Positions 1-11,040 of a DNA stretch of 64,000 bases are shown piece by piece. The first letter of the stretch is position 1; each line of letters begins with the position of its first letter. Position numbers and translations under genes: made by a program. Source of the stretch: Felis catus (taxonomy: Eukaryota); the NCBI RefSeq assembly GCF_018350175.1, contig NC_058382.1, positions 55,182,001-55,246,000 on the forward strand, in the 5' to 3' direction. Under the pieces are notes generated by a model that saw only the letters and a list, made by a program, of their open reading frames with translations, did no database searches and was not told the origin of the DNA.

Positions 1-180
1 ACCGAGAGACAGAGTGCAAGTGGGGGAGGCGCAGAGAGAGAGAGGGAGACACAGAACCTGAAGCAGGCTCCAGGCTCTGAGCTGTCAGCACAGAGCCTGG
101 CGTGCGGCTTGAACTCAACCGAGAGATCGTGACCTGAGCTGAAGTCGGACGCTTAACCGACTGAGCCATCCAGTCGCCCC
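1..180 (-). mobile_element. Can-SINE (SINEC_Fc-like), cut by the window edge
   Basis: Reverse complement of the ggggcg..tggctcagtcggttaagcgtccgacttcagctcaggtcacgatctc head plus (CT)n body. Confidence 0.93.
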
Positions 181-184
181 AACG

Positions 185-640
185 TCTGACTTCTTTCACT
201 TAACATATGTTAAGGCTCGTCCACATTGCAGTGTCTATGAGTGATCGATTCCTTTTTTATGGCTGAGTAGTGTTTCATTGTTAGGAGAGACCACATTTTG
301 TGTATCCATTTCATTACTCGATGGACCTTCAAGATGTTCCCACTTTCTGGCTGGATGAGGAATGCTGCTGTGAGCATTTGTGGACAGATTTTTGTGGAAA
401 TAAGTTGCCCTTCTTTGTGTATGTACCTAAGAGGGGACTTGCTGGGTCCCTTGTAACTCTGTATTGACTTGTTTGAGGGCCTGCCAGGCTGTTTACCACA
501 GTGGCTGAGCCATTCGACATTCCCACCAGTTTGTCCACACCCTCGCCAACTCTTGTTACTGTCTGAGTTTTTGACGATAGCCATCCTAGTGGGGGTGAAG
601 TCCTATCTCTTTGTGGTCCTGATTAGCATTTCCCTGATGG
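185..640 (-). mobile_element. Old L1 (L1M-type) ORF2 3' end / 3'UTR fragment
   Basis: Motifs ttttttatggctgagtagt, ccatcctagtgggggtgaag and gcatttccctgatg; the minus-strand translation WIHKMW...HYSAIKKE resembles the L1 ORF2 C-terminus. Confidence 0.8.
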
Positions 641-1344
641 ATCCTTGTTCTATTTTAAATAAAACTCCTTACACGGTTTTTGGTTGATGCAGTGTTTTTC
701 CATCAAACACTTAGTTTCTGTGGCAGCATCCACTCGTACTTTGACTCTCCTGGGTCCGGCGCTGACACCTGGGTGCTTCCCATGGGGGAGCAAGTAAGGA
801 AACTCAGGTTAGCGAGGAGCACACAGGTATGAGTGCTGATCATTGGGGATGTGATTCCTGGCTCGAGTCCAGAACTATAACTTTTAAACATCGACTTTTG
901 GGGGACAAAAGGACCATTTTAGCCTAAGTCTCCATAGTAAATGTTCAAGATCACCTGGATGCTGTGGGTGAGATGTGGCATAGATTTTCCCTCATTTAAA
1001 GGTTGAATGCCTTGGCTCAGGGTGTCCTCTTTCCTTCTGACTTCCCAACTGGCCACTTGAGCCTCTTGGCCTGCTGTTTGGCCAGTGGCCACCCCCTACG
1101 GGGAAATGGAATTGGGAGGCACTACTGGCATAGGAATTACTGCCCTTGCTGAACACTGTAAGCACGTGTGTGTCTGTGTGATCATGTGTATGGATATCCA
1201 CGTATAGTCTGCAGTCATCACACGAAGCCCGTGACTTATGCCTTTGTGCCGGTGAAGTAAGTGAGCTTGGGTGACTGGCCCAAGGTTACCAAGCTTTTTA
1301 GAGGAACAGCATAGGGCCAGTTTCCCCCATCACCAGGTGCTATA

Positions 1345-1700
1345 AAAACTTACAAGCCACAGACTGGGAGAAAATGTTTGCAAAACACATGGCTGATAAA
1401 GGGCTTGTTTCCAAAATATACAAAGAACTCTCAAAAACACAACAATAAGGGGACACCTGAATGGTTCAGTTGGTTGAGCATTGGACTCTTGATTTTGACT
1501 CAGGTCTTGACCTCATGGTTTGTGAGATCGAGCCCCATGTTGGACTCTGTGCTGACTTGGGATTCTCCTTCTGCCCCTCCCCCATACTCTCTCATGCTCG
1601 CTCGCAATATATAAACATTAAAAAAAAAAAAAAACCCACAACAGTAAGAAAACAAAAAAACCCAATTAAAAAGTGAGCAAAAGATCTGAGCAGATATTTT
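1345..1700 (+). mobile_element. L1 ORF2 fragment interrupted by a sense Can-SINE (1449-1634)
   Basis: gactgggagaaaatgtttgcaaaacac...aaagaactc...cccaattaaaaagtgagcaaaagatctga; SINE head gggacacctgaatggttcagttgg with a cacaaca(a/g)taag TSD. Confidence 0.8.
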
Positions 1701-1763
1701 ATTTGCTCTCCCCCCATCCCACCCACCTCTCCATTCTGTAGCTGAACTGGGCTACTTCTAGAC

Positions 1764-2306
1764 CAGTGCTGTGCAAAAGAAAAATGTGAACTGCCAATGC
1801 CAACCATGTGTATAGCTTTAGTATTATTATTATTTAAAAGTTTATTTTTGAAAAAGAGAATGCGAGAGGGAAGGGGCAGAGAGAGAGAGGGAGACACAGA
1901 ATCCGAAGCAGGCTCCACGCTCTGAGCTGTCAGCGCAGAGCCTGATTTGGCTCAGGTCATGATCTCGTGGTTTGTGGGTTTGAGCCCCAAAGTCGGAAGC
2001 TTAACTTACTGAGCCACCCAGGTGCCCCTATAGTTTTAAATTCCCAGTCACCACATTAAAAAAGGTATGGAGAAAAAAGAGAGGTGAAAATAATTTTATT
2101 ATATTTATGTAACTGTGTGTATCTAAAGTATTTCAACATGGGCATGATATAATTATTACATGTAATATATTACATTTTTGTTTTTGGTCTGAGTTTTCAA
2201 AATCCAGTGTGTATTTGATTCCTACAGAACATCTCCGTTTGGACCAGTTCATTTTTGCCTGCTCAATAGCCACATCTGGCCGTTGCTGCTATATCGGACA
2301 GCATAG
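1764..2306. mobile_element. MER33-like hAT-Charlie DNA transposon fossil, interrupted by an antisense Can-SINE (1822-2028)
   Basis: cagtgctgtgcaa...ccacattaaaaaagg...aaatccagtgtgtattt...ctcaatagccacatctggc...ggacagcatag matches the recalled MER33 consensus; SINE TSD tatag(c/t)ttta. Confidence 0.75.
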
Positions 2307-3020
2307 CTCTGGAATATACCTCCTCCTTCCTTTTTTGCATTACCCACTTCCTTTATAATCCCCACACTCTTCCTTCTCCCCCGAGAAACATAAGTGTTGT
2401 CCATGTGGCAGCTGCCATGGTGATCGTGATGGCAAATCCATATCTTGCTTCGTGAGGACAGGTGGCTTCATCTTCCCCACAGACACCGAACACGTGGGAT
2501 CACGTGTGTCTGCTGGTTTTGCCATCTGCCCGGGCGTCTGTCCTAGATTTAGATGTGACACCTGATCGCGGGGCCAGAGGCTTCCGCAAATTACTGGGTA
2601 GCCCCGGTAGAACGTTCCTCTGGGCGTGGCCTGCGTGCTGGGTGGCACTGATCAGCCTGCTGACTGGGGAGTACGCAGGCACAAGCCTTTCCCCTCCGGC
2701 TGCTGATTTCCCAGTCGTCTGTCCCTCCCCTGTCCCGACTGGAGAGAGTGTATCTGACGGCCCAGTTACCACTGCCCAGCGCTCAAGTCAGGGTCTTCTG
2801 GCTGGTGGGGTCAGAAGCTGCCTTCCTGGAACGTGTGGCTGAGAAGAAGGCTCTATAACTCACGGAATCCAAGGGGCCAGGGCCTTGAGGAGCAGGAGCC
2901 TGAACCGCCTCTGGCATTCATCTTTCCTCGGCCCGCCGAATTTCCTTTCTGTGTCCTTGCACAGACCTCATCTGTAGAGCAGATCGTGTGGCCCAGGGTG
3001 CTGCTTTCTCTCAGCATTCA

Positions 3021-4257
3021 CAGTTGGTCCTCTGTGTTTGTGGATCCTATAGTCCCAAATTTGCCTCCTCCCTAAAATTTATTTGTAACCCCTGAACCAA
3101 ATCTTGTGCACTTTGGTAGTACTTTGTAGACATGGAGGGAAAATTTTTGAGTCACCCGACATGCGTGTTCCTAGTTGGCTTCCTTCTTGTGTCCACTCTT
3201 AAACTTTTTTTAATGTTATTTTTATTTTTGAGATCGTGAGCAGGGGTGGGGCAGAGAGAGGGGGAGACAGAATCCCAAGCAGGCTTCATGCTGTCGGCAC
3301 AGCACGACACCGTGATATCATGACCTGAGCCAAAACCAAGAGTCGGATGCTTAACTGACGGGGCCACCCAGGCGTCCTGCTCTTAAACTGGTAATAATTG
3401 TCCTTTTCTCAGACAGCTGCGTGCCATCTTATTCTCAGTTTGGGGCTTTTGGGGGTGTTTTTGTTGTTTACAGTACCCCCCAAGGGCAGTCTGGTGTTCC
3501 CAAGCACAAGAAGGCTGTGATACGACTTACGGAGAAATTACTAGGTGTTAGATTAAGCTTTGTTCAGGCATGAATTGGACACAGTGCTGTTGTGAGTTCA
3601 GTGTTAATGAATCAATGATCTATACATATTAAAAAACATTTTTTTTAATATTTATTATTTTTTTTTTAAATTTTTTTTTCAATAATATTTATTATTTTTG
3701 AGAGAGAATGAGCACGAGAGGGAGACACAGAACCTGAAGCACGTTCCAGGCTCCAGGCTGTCAGCACAGAGCCCGGTGCGGGGCTCAAACTCATGAACGA
3801 TGAGATGATGCCTCAAGCTGAAGTTGGCCACTTAACCAACTGAGCCACCCAGGCACCCCTCAATGATATATATTAAGTAAGGTGTCTTTAAACAAAAACA
3901 CACGAGAAACAAGGTTACGTATTGAACATTTCATAAAAACATCATGACCAGAGGCTTGATCGTATTTCCTCAAAAGCACTGGTTCGATGTTTGCTAATTC
4001 TTTTTTTTTCCTTTTTTAATGTTTGTTTTCAGAGAGAGAGAGTGCACGAGAGGGGGGTGGGTGGAGAGAGAATCTTAAACTCCACCCTCAGCACAGAGCC
4101 TGATGCAGGGCTCGATCTCACTACTGTGAGATCATGACCTGAGCCAATATCAAAAGTCAGATGTTCAACCAACTGAGCCATCCAGGCGCCCCAAGTATTT
4201 TCTAATTCAATGTTGATGGTGACTTTACAGAATATAACCACCATGAATGATAGACTG
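3021..4257. mobile_element. MER82-like TcMar-Tigger fossil, interrupted by three antisense Can-SINEs (3205-3377, 3639-3859, 4001-4192)
   Basis: Starts cagttggtcc...ctaaaatttatttgtaacccc; internal tgagttcagtgttaatgaatcaa and aaggtgtctttaaacaaaaacacac; ends gactg followed by TA. Confidence 0.75.
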
Positions 4258-5398
4258 TATGTCAATCCATGGGGGAGACTCGGGTTCTGCTTTTGTGAGG
4301 TGCCCACCACTTGGACCAGGGATGTGAATTCTAGAAGAACAAGATCAGATCTAGCCAGAAGACAGGTGGGAGAGTGTGCATCTGGCTTCCTCTTCAGGCT
4401 TGAGAGACAGTCTCCTGCCACAAAAGCCACATATTGGAAGTCTCATGGTGAAACACACAACCCAAAGTCCTGCTTCCAGAACTTTCCACCTACTCTTCCA
4501 CAGTCCCAGGAGGTGCCAGACCTCAGGTTTGAGAGTGAAGAAGGTTGTTTCTTTAGCATTAGCCTCTTCTACTGCAAAGTAGTAAAGGCTTTTTGGGGAG
4601 CTGGTGTTGGAGGTGTGTGGTCAGGAGAACACATCAGGCTGTACCTATCAGACTGGTCACACGCAGGGGCCACTAACTGGTCACCTCTTTGCATTCATTT
4701 GTCATTGCTTCATTCATCCCCCCCGTTCATTCATTTAGTAACCTTATCGAGAAACCAAGGGCAGTTGTTGAGAAAAATGGACATGATCTTTAATTTCATG
4801 GACAGTGCTGGGGAGGGGCAAACATAGGTTAAATATGGACGTGAATGCATTTATAACAAAAACGAAGGTGAGTTTTCCTGCTCCCTGAGTGCTCTGGGAG
4901 GTTTTGTACCTGATGGGAGCCCAGTAAACGGCCACCAGACTGATCTAGCAGTAGGGCTTTGCAGACTGCTGGCATGCTTTGTGGCTCAGAGCTGCATCTG
5001 ACCTGTGTCCCCGAGGGCAAGGGTCTGCATTCCTGGTGGCGATCCTGCGGTGGTTGATGTGCTGTGGAGGTCACGTGACATGGCACGTGAGAGCAGGTTG
5101 GATTTGGACGAGCCTGGGCTTGACTGACGGCTGTGCTGCTCTGTATCAGACGTCCCGTTTGAGTATTTGTATCTGTAATAACGGACACAGCGTTGGCGTC
5201 TACCTTGTGTGTTGGTGGGCAGCATAGACACTGGTATGTGAGGTCTTGAGCTCGGGCTTAATTGAGTGCTTTTGTGGGCGGTATCAGCATTAGGGGATGG
5301 CTTTGCTGACTGGGCGTCCAGGGCTTGTGAACAGGAAGGGCTTTCCCGATGTCAGTCTCCTTCGGAGAAGTGGATGCCTGGAAGCCAGTTTGGGATGG

Positions 5399-5800
5399 TG
5401 CTTTAATTACCTATTGCCGTATAACAAACCGTGTCATGACACAGGGCTTGAAACAGTAATTCTGTGGGTCGGGAATGTGGGCAGGGCTCAGCTGGGTGAT
5501 GGGTGATGGGTCCTATGCGGTGTTGGCTCGAGTCCTCGAGTCCAGCCAGTTCAGCTGATGGCTGGGCGGGAATTTCCACCAAGGCTCTCCTCCCTTGTCT
5601 GCCCCTTGGTGCTCCTTCTGGCAGCCTCTTTCTGCCTCCCTCCACATGGCTAGTTTGGGGTTGAAACTGGCACAGTGTGACTTGTACTTTCTTTTGGTCA
5701 AAGCACATCATAAGGCCAGCCCAGCCTCAAGGGTGGGGAGGCAGATTCCATCCCCTAATGGCAAGAATGGTGAAGAATTAGTGGCCAACTTGGGTCCACC
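5399..5800. mobile_element. MaLR (MLT1-type) LTR remnant
   Basis: ctattgccgtataacaaacc...ttctgtgggtcgggaatgtgggcagggctcagctggg...aaggccagcccag motifs. Confidence 0.65.
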
Positions 5801-7951
5801 AGTGACAGAGACCATGGTAGCCAGAGGCATCTCTCAGCCTCTCTGGGTCTTGAGCTTGGATGTATCCAGAGGTCTAGAAAACAGCTCTGGTAGAGGGTCC
5901 CCTCCACAAAGACAGAGGGAAGGGATGGGGAACCCAGGCCAGGGTCTATGTGCTTATGCCAAACTTTGGGGCTGGAACACAAAGTGGTGGGAGGAACGGG
6001 GTCAGATCCAGGGATGGAAGTTCTCTCTGCTGTTGGTTTTCTGTCCACTGTTGGTTCCCCTGAGTGGAAAATCAAGTCTTCTGAGGGGACCTGCTTGTTT
6101 TAGCGGAGACAGGTAATGGGGATATAGTCTTCAAGGGAGAGCATTTAGGAGTGAGAGTCTTGTTTCGGGATCAACAAGGCGGGGGGTGTAGCAGGAATTG
6201 CCCTGCCAGATGCTCAGCGGGAGATGAGAGGGAGCAAAGATCCAGACTCCTGTCCTGGGCCCACTGCTCCTTGCTGCGGTGACCGTGGGCAGTTGATGTA
6301 GCCCCTCTGACCCTCCATCTCTTGGTCTCTGTGGAGGGGATCATAATGGTCTCACCCCTTACGGTTGGGGTGAGCTAATGCACATCAGGGTTTATAGCCC
6401 AGGTTTTGGACTGGAGTAAGTGCTCAGAAAATGTCAGCTGCTCGAAATAACGCTTACAGTGTGTTACCTTCTTTTCTGTCTGAATAGTGCCCATGTGGGG
6501 TTACCTTTGCAGGGAAATCGATGCTCACGTGGGGTTACCTTTATGACCTGGGCTGCTGTCGCGGTCATGATTTCAACCTGACCTAACTCCTTCTAGGACG
6601 GAAACCTTCCGGTTGCTGAGGTTAATTTGTAAGTGTTTCTCTCCTCCCAGTTAGGAAAGGAATGTGTGGTCATTGTCAGCAGTTCGGGAATTCAGAAGGC
6701 TTAGAATAAGCTGCCTGTGGCACCATTCCCTGCGATGACCATTAATGCTGAAGGAGGTTGTTGAAGGGGGAGCAGTTTCTGTCTCTTCTGGACAGGGAGT
6801 GGGGAGGGGTCTCTCCTCTCTCTGGTGGGCCCATGCTAGGGTGTGGCCTCCCAGCCTCCTGACCCTCATCCGGGGGGCTCGGCCTGAGTGGGTTGGGGGC
6901 CCCACAGGACAACGAGGTGCTTACGCTTGGCCGAGCGCTCTGAATGCCAGGGGCAGACGATAGAGTCGTTGGGTGATGTGTCCCTCCAGGAGGAAGCTTT
7001 GGGGGCTGCGAGACCACCCTGGACGGCTTCCTAATTTGCATCTTGAGAATAGCCACGGCCGGTGGCTCCACCCCTGCCTGCCTCCTGTTCACTTACCCTG
7101 TTTGAGGGTTCTTGCTCTTTCAAGGCCATTGGGGCTCAAAAGCCATCTGGAAGACTGAGGATCCACCTCGTTGTGGGGGATCCGGTTTTGATGCCTGGTG
7201 TTCCGGCGTCTGTGGACGTGTCTCCTTCGATTCTCTGGGTTGTCTTGGTGGGAATCTTCATAGGTCATCAGTGCACCGTCTTGTAGTGCTGTTCAAGTTA
7301 CTCTTCAGAGACGGCACTGGGAAGGTTACCCCAGTTTGGGGCTAAGAACGGGGCCACCTCCCGAGTCTGAGACGGGGACCTTGTTCCTTGCTAGAAATGA
7401 TGACTTACTCCGGAGATGACGGGGGAGGGAGGGGCACTGTTCCTTGGATGCCCGGGGCCACGTTCCAGTTGTGACTTCCGTGGATGGGTGATGGGGCTTC
7501 TCGGAGCCGGGTTTCTTTGCTTCTCTACCCATTTCACAATTCCGCAGTCAGGGCCTAGAAGGCAACAGGCACTGGATGTGTTGGGTGCTTAATAAATGGA
7601 GGCAAATGACCCAACAAAGTCCTTTCTGTGAACCTTGTAGGCTGGTGGGAAGAGAGGGATGATCCAGGAGGAAGATGAAGGCTGTCCTGCCTGATGAAGA
7701 CAACTCAAGGGGGATGGGGAGAACCCTCCTTAGGGATATTCAGCAAAGGGCCTCTCTGAGGAGGGCACTTTCAGGCCTCAGTCTCCCTGTGGATAAAATG
7801 GAAACAATAGTAAAACCTAGGTCGCTAGGCAGTTAGCAAGATGGAATGAATTACTGTCTGTAAAGCATCTGTCCTCCCCTAAAAACAAAAAGGTGTTTTA
7901 AATGTCATCGTTTCACTATTATGCCGGCTCGAGGGGAGTCTTCCTTTTCCA

Positions 7952-7966
7952 TGTGCATGCGTGCAT

Positions 7967-8003
<37 letters not shown>

Positions 8004-8010
8004 AGTGTGA
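7952..8010. repeat. (TG)n microsatellite
   Basis: Directly visible. Confidence 0.9.
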
Positions 8011-8584
8011 AAACACGCCCTCACGTGCATCCCCCTGACTGTCGGGGGTGTGTTTCCTTCCATTGTCCCGGTCAGTGCTGCCCGGAGGCTTATAGGAAGG
8101 AAGGGTGCCCTTCACCCCTTTGACAGAGGTTCTGGGGACACGCTCCCACCATGCCGGGCCACTGACCCTGCCATGTGGGTGCCTCCATAGTAACCCGTTC
8201 TTCATGCCCCTCTGCACAGGCATGAGCTTGCACACTTGAGCACACGCGCACACACACACACAAATGCACACATACACTGGAACATCACATCCATTTAAAA
8301 ATCAACACAATCTTCTTGTCTCCGTTTGAGAACACATGGACTCTTCGTGAAATCCTTCTCCAGATCTACAGTTCATGGATTCTGTTCTTGGGATGCTCGA
8401 ACACTACAAATGGTGCTCTAGCCTCTTTATTAAGCTTGGAGGTGAGCTGTAGGACGTTGGGTGCCTGGTGTGTTCTCTGTGTTGGATAAAGAAGTGGGCA
8501 GCGTTGATCAGGAGGCAGACAGCTGTGTGGCTGCAGAATGAAAGTGTCCATTAGGGAGACTCCAAGGATTTTGCTGTTACAGAA

Positions 8585-8836
8585 AGAGGCACATAGCGAG
8601 TAGTGGTTAAGGACCAGCCCACTGGAACCGCCCTGTCCCACTCCTCGAGTGCCCTCTCTCTGGCTCTGTGACCTTGGGCGAGTGACTTCACGTCTCTGGA
8701 CTTTTTTTTTTTTTTCCCTTCATCCACAGAACGAGGATAATCAGAGCTGCCTTGCGGATCGTGGCAAATTTTTAGTGAGTTAATTCGTGTGAAGTACATG
8801 GTGCAATTCCTAGCATCCAAAAAGCTGAATAAATGT
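8585..8836 (+). mobile_element. MIR (its 3' tail continues at 9604-9615 after the insert)
   Basis: MIR-like motifs gtagtggttaagg, ctctgtgaccttgggcgagtgacttcac and ...aataaatgt|aagctattatt. Confidence 0.8.
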
Positions 8837-9585
8837 CTGTATTTATTTTCTACAATTTCAGGTTTATTTATTTATCTGTTTAAGGTTCTGTTTGTTTAGA
8901 AAGTTATTTTTTTGAAAACTATCTGAGCTACTGACATGATTTTTTTTTTACCTTAGTAATACAGTGTTTTGTTTTGTTTTGAAAGATGATTCCTGGATAA
9001 TATAGTCTTTCTGTACAGATTTAAGATACCACCTTTTTATACAATATTTGGATTTTCATTTGTACTCCATTGATCTGTGTACTTAACCTAACACCAAGAT
9101 CACAGTATTTAATTTTATAAAGATGTATCATACACTTTTATATATGGTAGAGCAGTTCCCCTCTCCTGCCTCTTTTAAAAATTTTATTTGAGAATAATTT
9201 GATACTGTATTTTGGTATTTACTCCTTCATACAAATTATAGAATTTTATAAGAGCACAAGAATTCTAGAGAAAGTCATTTGGGGATAAGACTGAGGCAGC
9301 ATTTAATTTATATGTCAGCTGGCTTTGAAAAAATCTTTTATTTAGCATACCATATAGCTAAATTAAAATTTTGAATCATAGCCTAAATTAAAATATTTAA
9401 CATATATTTTAATTATTTTCTCATTTTGATTAATACTGCAAGAATCAAGAAAATGCATTTTTCAAAAGAAAGTGTTCATATTTTATAAAAAATAAGCACA
9501 ACACTAATTTTATCATGATTTTATGTATTTCATTGACTCTAATGAATTAAAAATTTTACTAGCAAAAAACAACAACAACAACAAC
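8837..9585 (+). mobile_element. Orphan retroposed insert (5'-truncated retrocopy of an unidentified AT-rich 3' end, or orphan L1 3' transduction)
   Basis: Exact 18-bp direct repeat AAAAAGCTGAATAAATGT at 8819-8836 and 9586-9603; ATTAAA at 9546-9551; A/(CAA)n tail 9564-9585; interrupts the 3' end of a MIR. Confidence 0.85.
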
Positions 9586-9735
9586 AAAAAGCTGAATAAA
9601 TGTAAGCTATTATTTGTAGGAGATTAAGATCATGGGCATGGGCTAGATAGCCTGCATTCAAATGCTCATTGGTGGGTGACCTTGGGTAAGTCATTTCACT
9701 TAGTTTACCCTTTAATTTAAAATTGGGGAGAATAG

Positions 9736-9907
9736 GGGCACCTAGGTGGCTCAGTCAGTTAAGCATCCGACTTTGGCTCAGCTCATGATCTCGCGGCTCT
9801 TGAGTTCGAACCCCATGTCAGACTCTGTGCTGACAGTTCAGTGCCTGGAGCCTACTTCGGATTCGGTGTCCCCCCTCTCTGCCTGCCCCTCCCCTGCTTG
9901 CATTCTG

Positions 9908-9951
<44 letters not shown>

Positions 9952-9961
9952 AAAAAAAAAA
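9736..9961 (+). mobile_element. Can-SINE (SINEC_Fc-like)
   Basis: ggggcacctaggtggctcagtcagttaagc head, (CTGT)/(CT)n body, A-tail; TSD-like aaat(t/a)ggggagaata. Confidence 0.93.
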
Positions 9962-10002
9962 CCATGAAAATAGGGGAGAACCATGGAAATAGGGGAGAAT
10001 AA

Positions 10003-10034
10003 AATGTCCATTGACAGACAAATGGATAAAGATT

Positions 10035-10082
<48 letters not shown>

Positions 10083-10477
10083 ACACACAAAATGGAGTAT
10101 TACCCGGTGATCAAAAAGAATGAAATCTTAACCATTTGCAACAATGCGGATAGAACTGGAGTGTATTATGGTAAGCAAAATAAGTCCAAGAAAGACAAAT
10201 ATTCTGATTTCACTCATGGGGAATTTAAGAAACAAAACAGATGTACCCAGGGGAAGGGAAGGAAAACTAAGATAAAAACAGAGGGAGGCAAACTGTACAG
10301 AGAACGAACCGAGGGATGCTGGAGGGATATTGGGTGGGGGGAGGGGCTAGATGGGTGATGGACATGAAGGAGGGCACTTGTGATGAGCCCCGGGTGTCGT
10401 ATGTAAGTGATGGGTCTCTAAATTCTGCTGAAATCATTATTACACTACATGTTAACTCACTTGGATTTAAATGAAAG
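10003..10477 (+). mobile_element. Carnivore L1 3' end (5'-truncated)
   Basis: aaatgtccattgacagacaaatggataaag...aaaaagaatgaaatctt..ccatttgcaacaa...ctgaaatcattattacactacatgttaact. Confidence 0.85.
10036..10089. repeat. (CA)n microsatellite inside the L1 3' fragment
   Basis: Directly visible. Confidence 0.9.
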
Positions 10478-10599
10478 AGGGGAAAACAGTGCCCACGTCA
10501 TCACGTCGGGTGGATTAAAGGAGTTAATACGTGAGTGACCAGAAGAATGTTTGGCACGTGGTGAGTGCTGAACGCACAGTGGCGGGTGACAAGTGATGA

Positions 10600-11040
10600 T
10601 TTGGGTATCAGGTGTTTACTGACATGTCACCAACTGCCCCCAAACTTCGTGGCTTAGAACTGCAGCCGTCTCTTACTCTGCACGGTCCATGGGCGTTCTC
10701 ACCGGCCTTCCCGTGCGGGTGCCCTCAGCTGGCTGAAGTCGCGAGTCGCCCGGCTTACGCGGCTGGCAGTCAGTACTGGCTGTTGGCTGGGGGCCTCTGT
10801 TCTGCACGTGGCCCCTCCTCCGGGAGGCTGGCCCCACTTCCTAATGTGGCGGTCTCCGGGAAACCTTCGAAGAGGCAGAAGACGGGAGCTTCGGAACTTA
10901 CCTGCTGTCACCTCTGCCTCATCTGACTGGTCGAGGCGCAGGTCACGAGGCCAGCCCAGATCCGAGGAGAGGGAGGCAGACCCCTCTTCTTGCTGTGAGG
11001 GGTGATGACCGTGCCTGTCAGTGTCCCACAGTGCCTTCTT
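10600..11040. mobile_element. MaLR (MLT1-type) LTR remnant
   Basis: ccccaaacttcgtggcttag...gctgttggctgggg...ctgtcacctctgcctc...aggccagcccagat. Confidence 0.55.

Noticed and set aside
4210..4827. 205-aa ORF
   Set aside because: Starts inside the MER82-like fossil, has no recognisable homology and no supporting gene structure.
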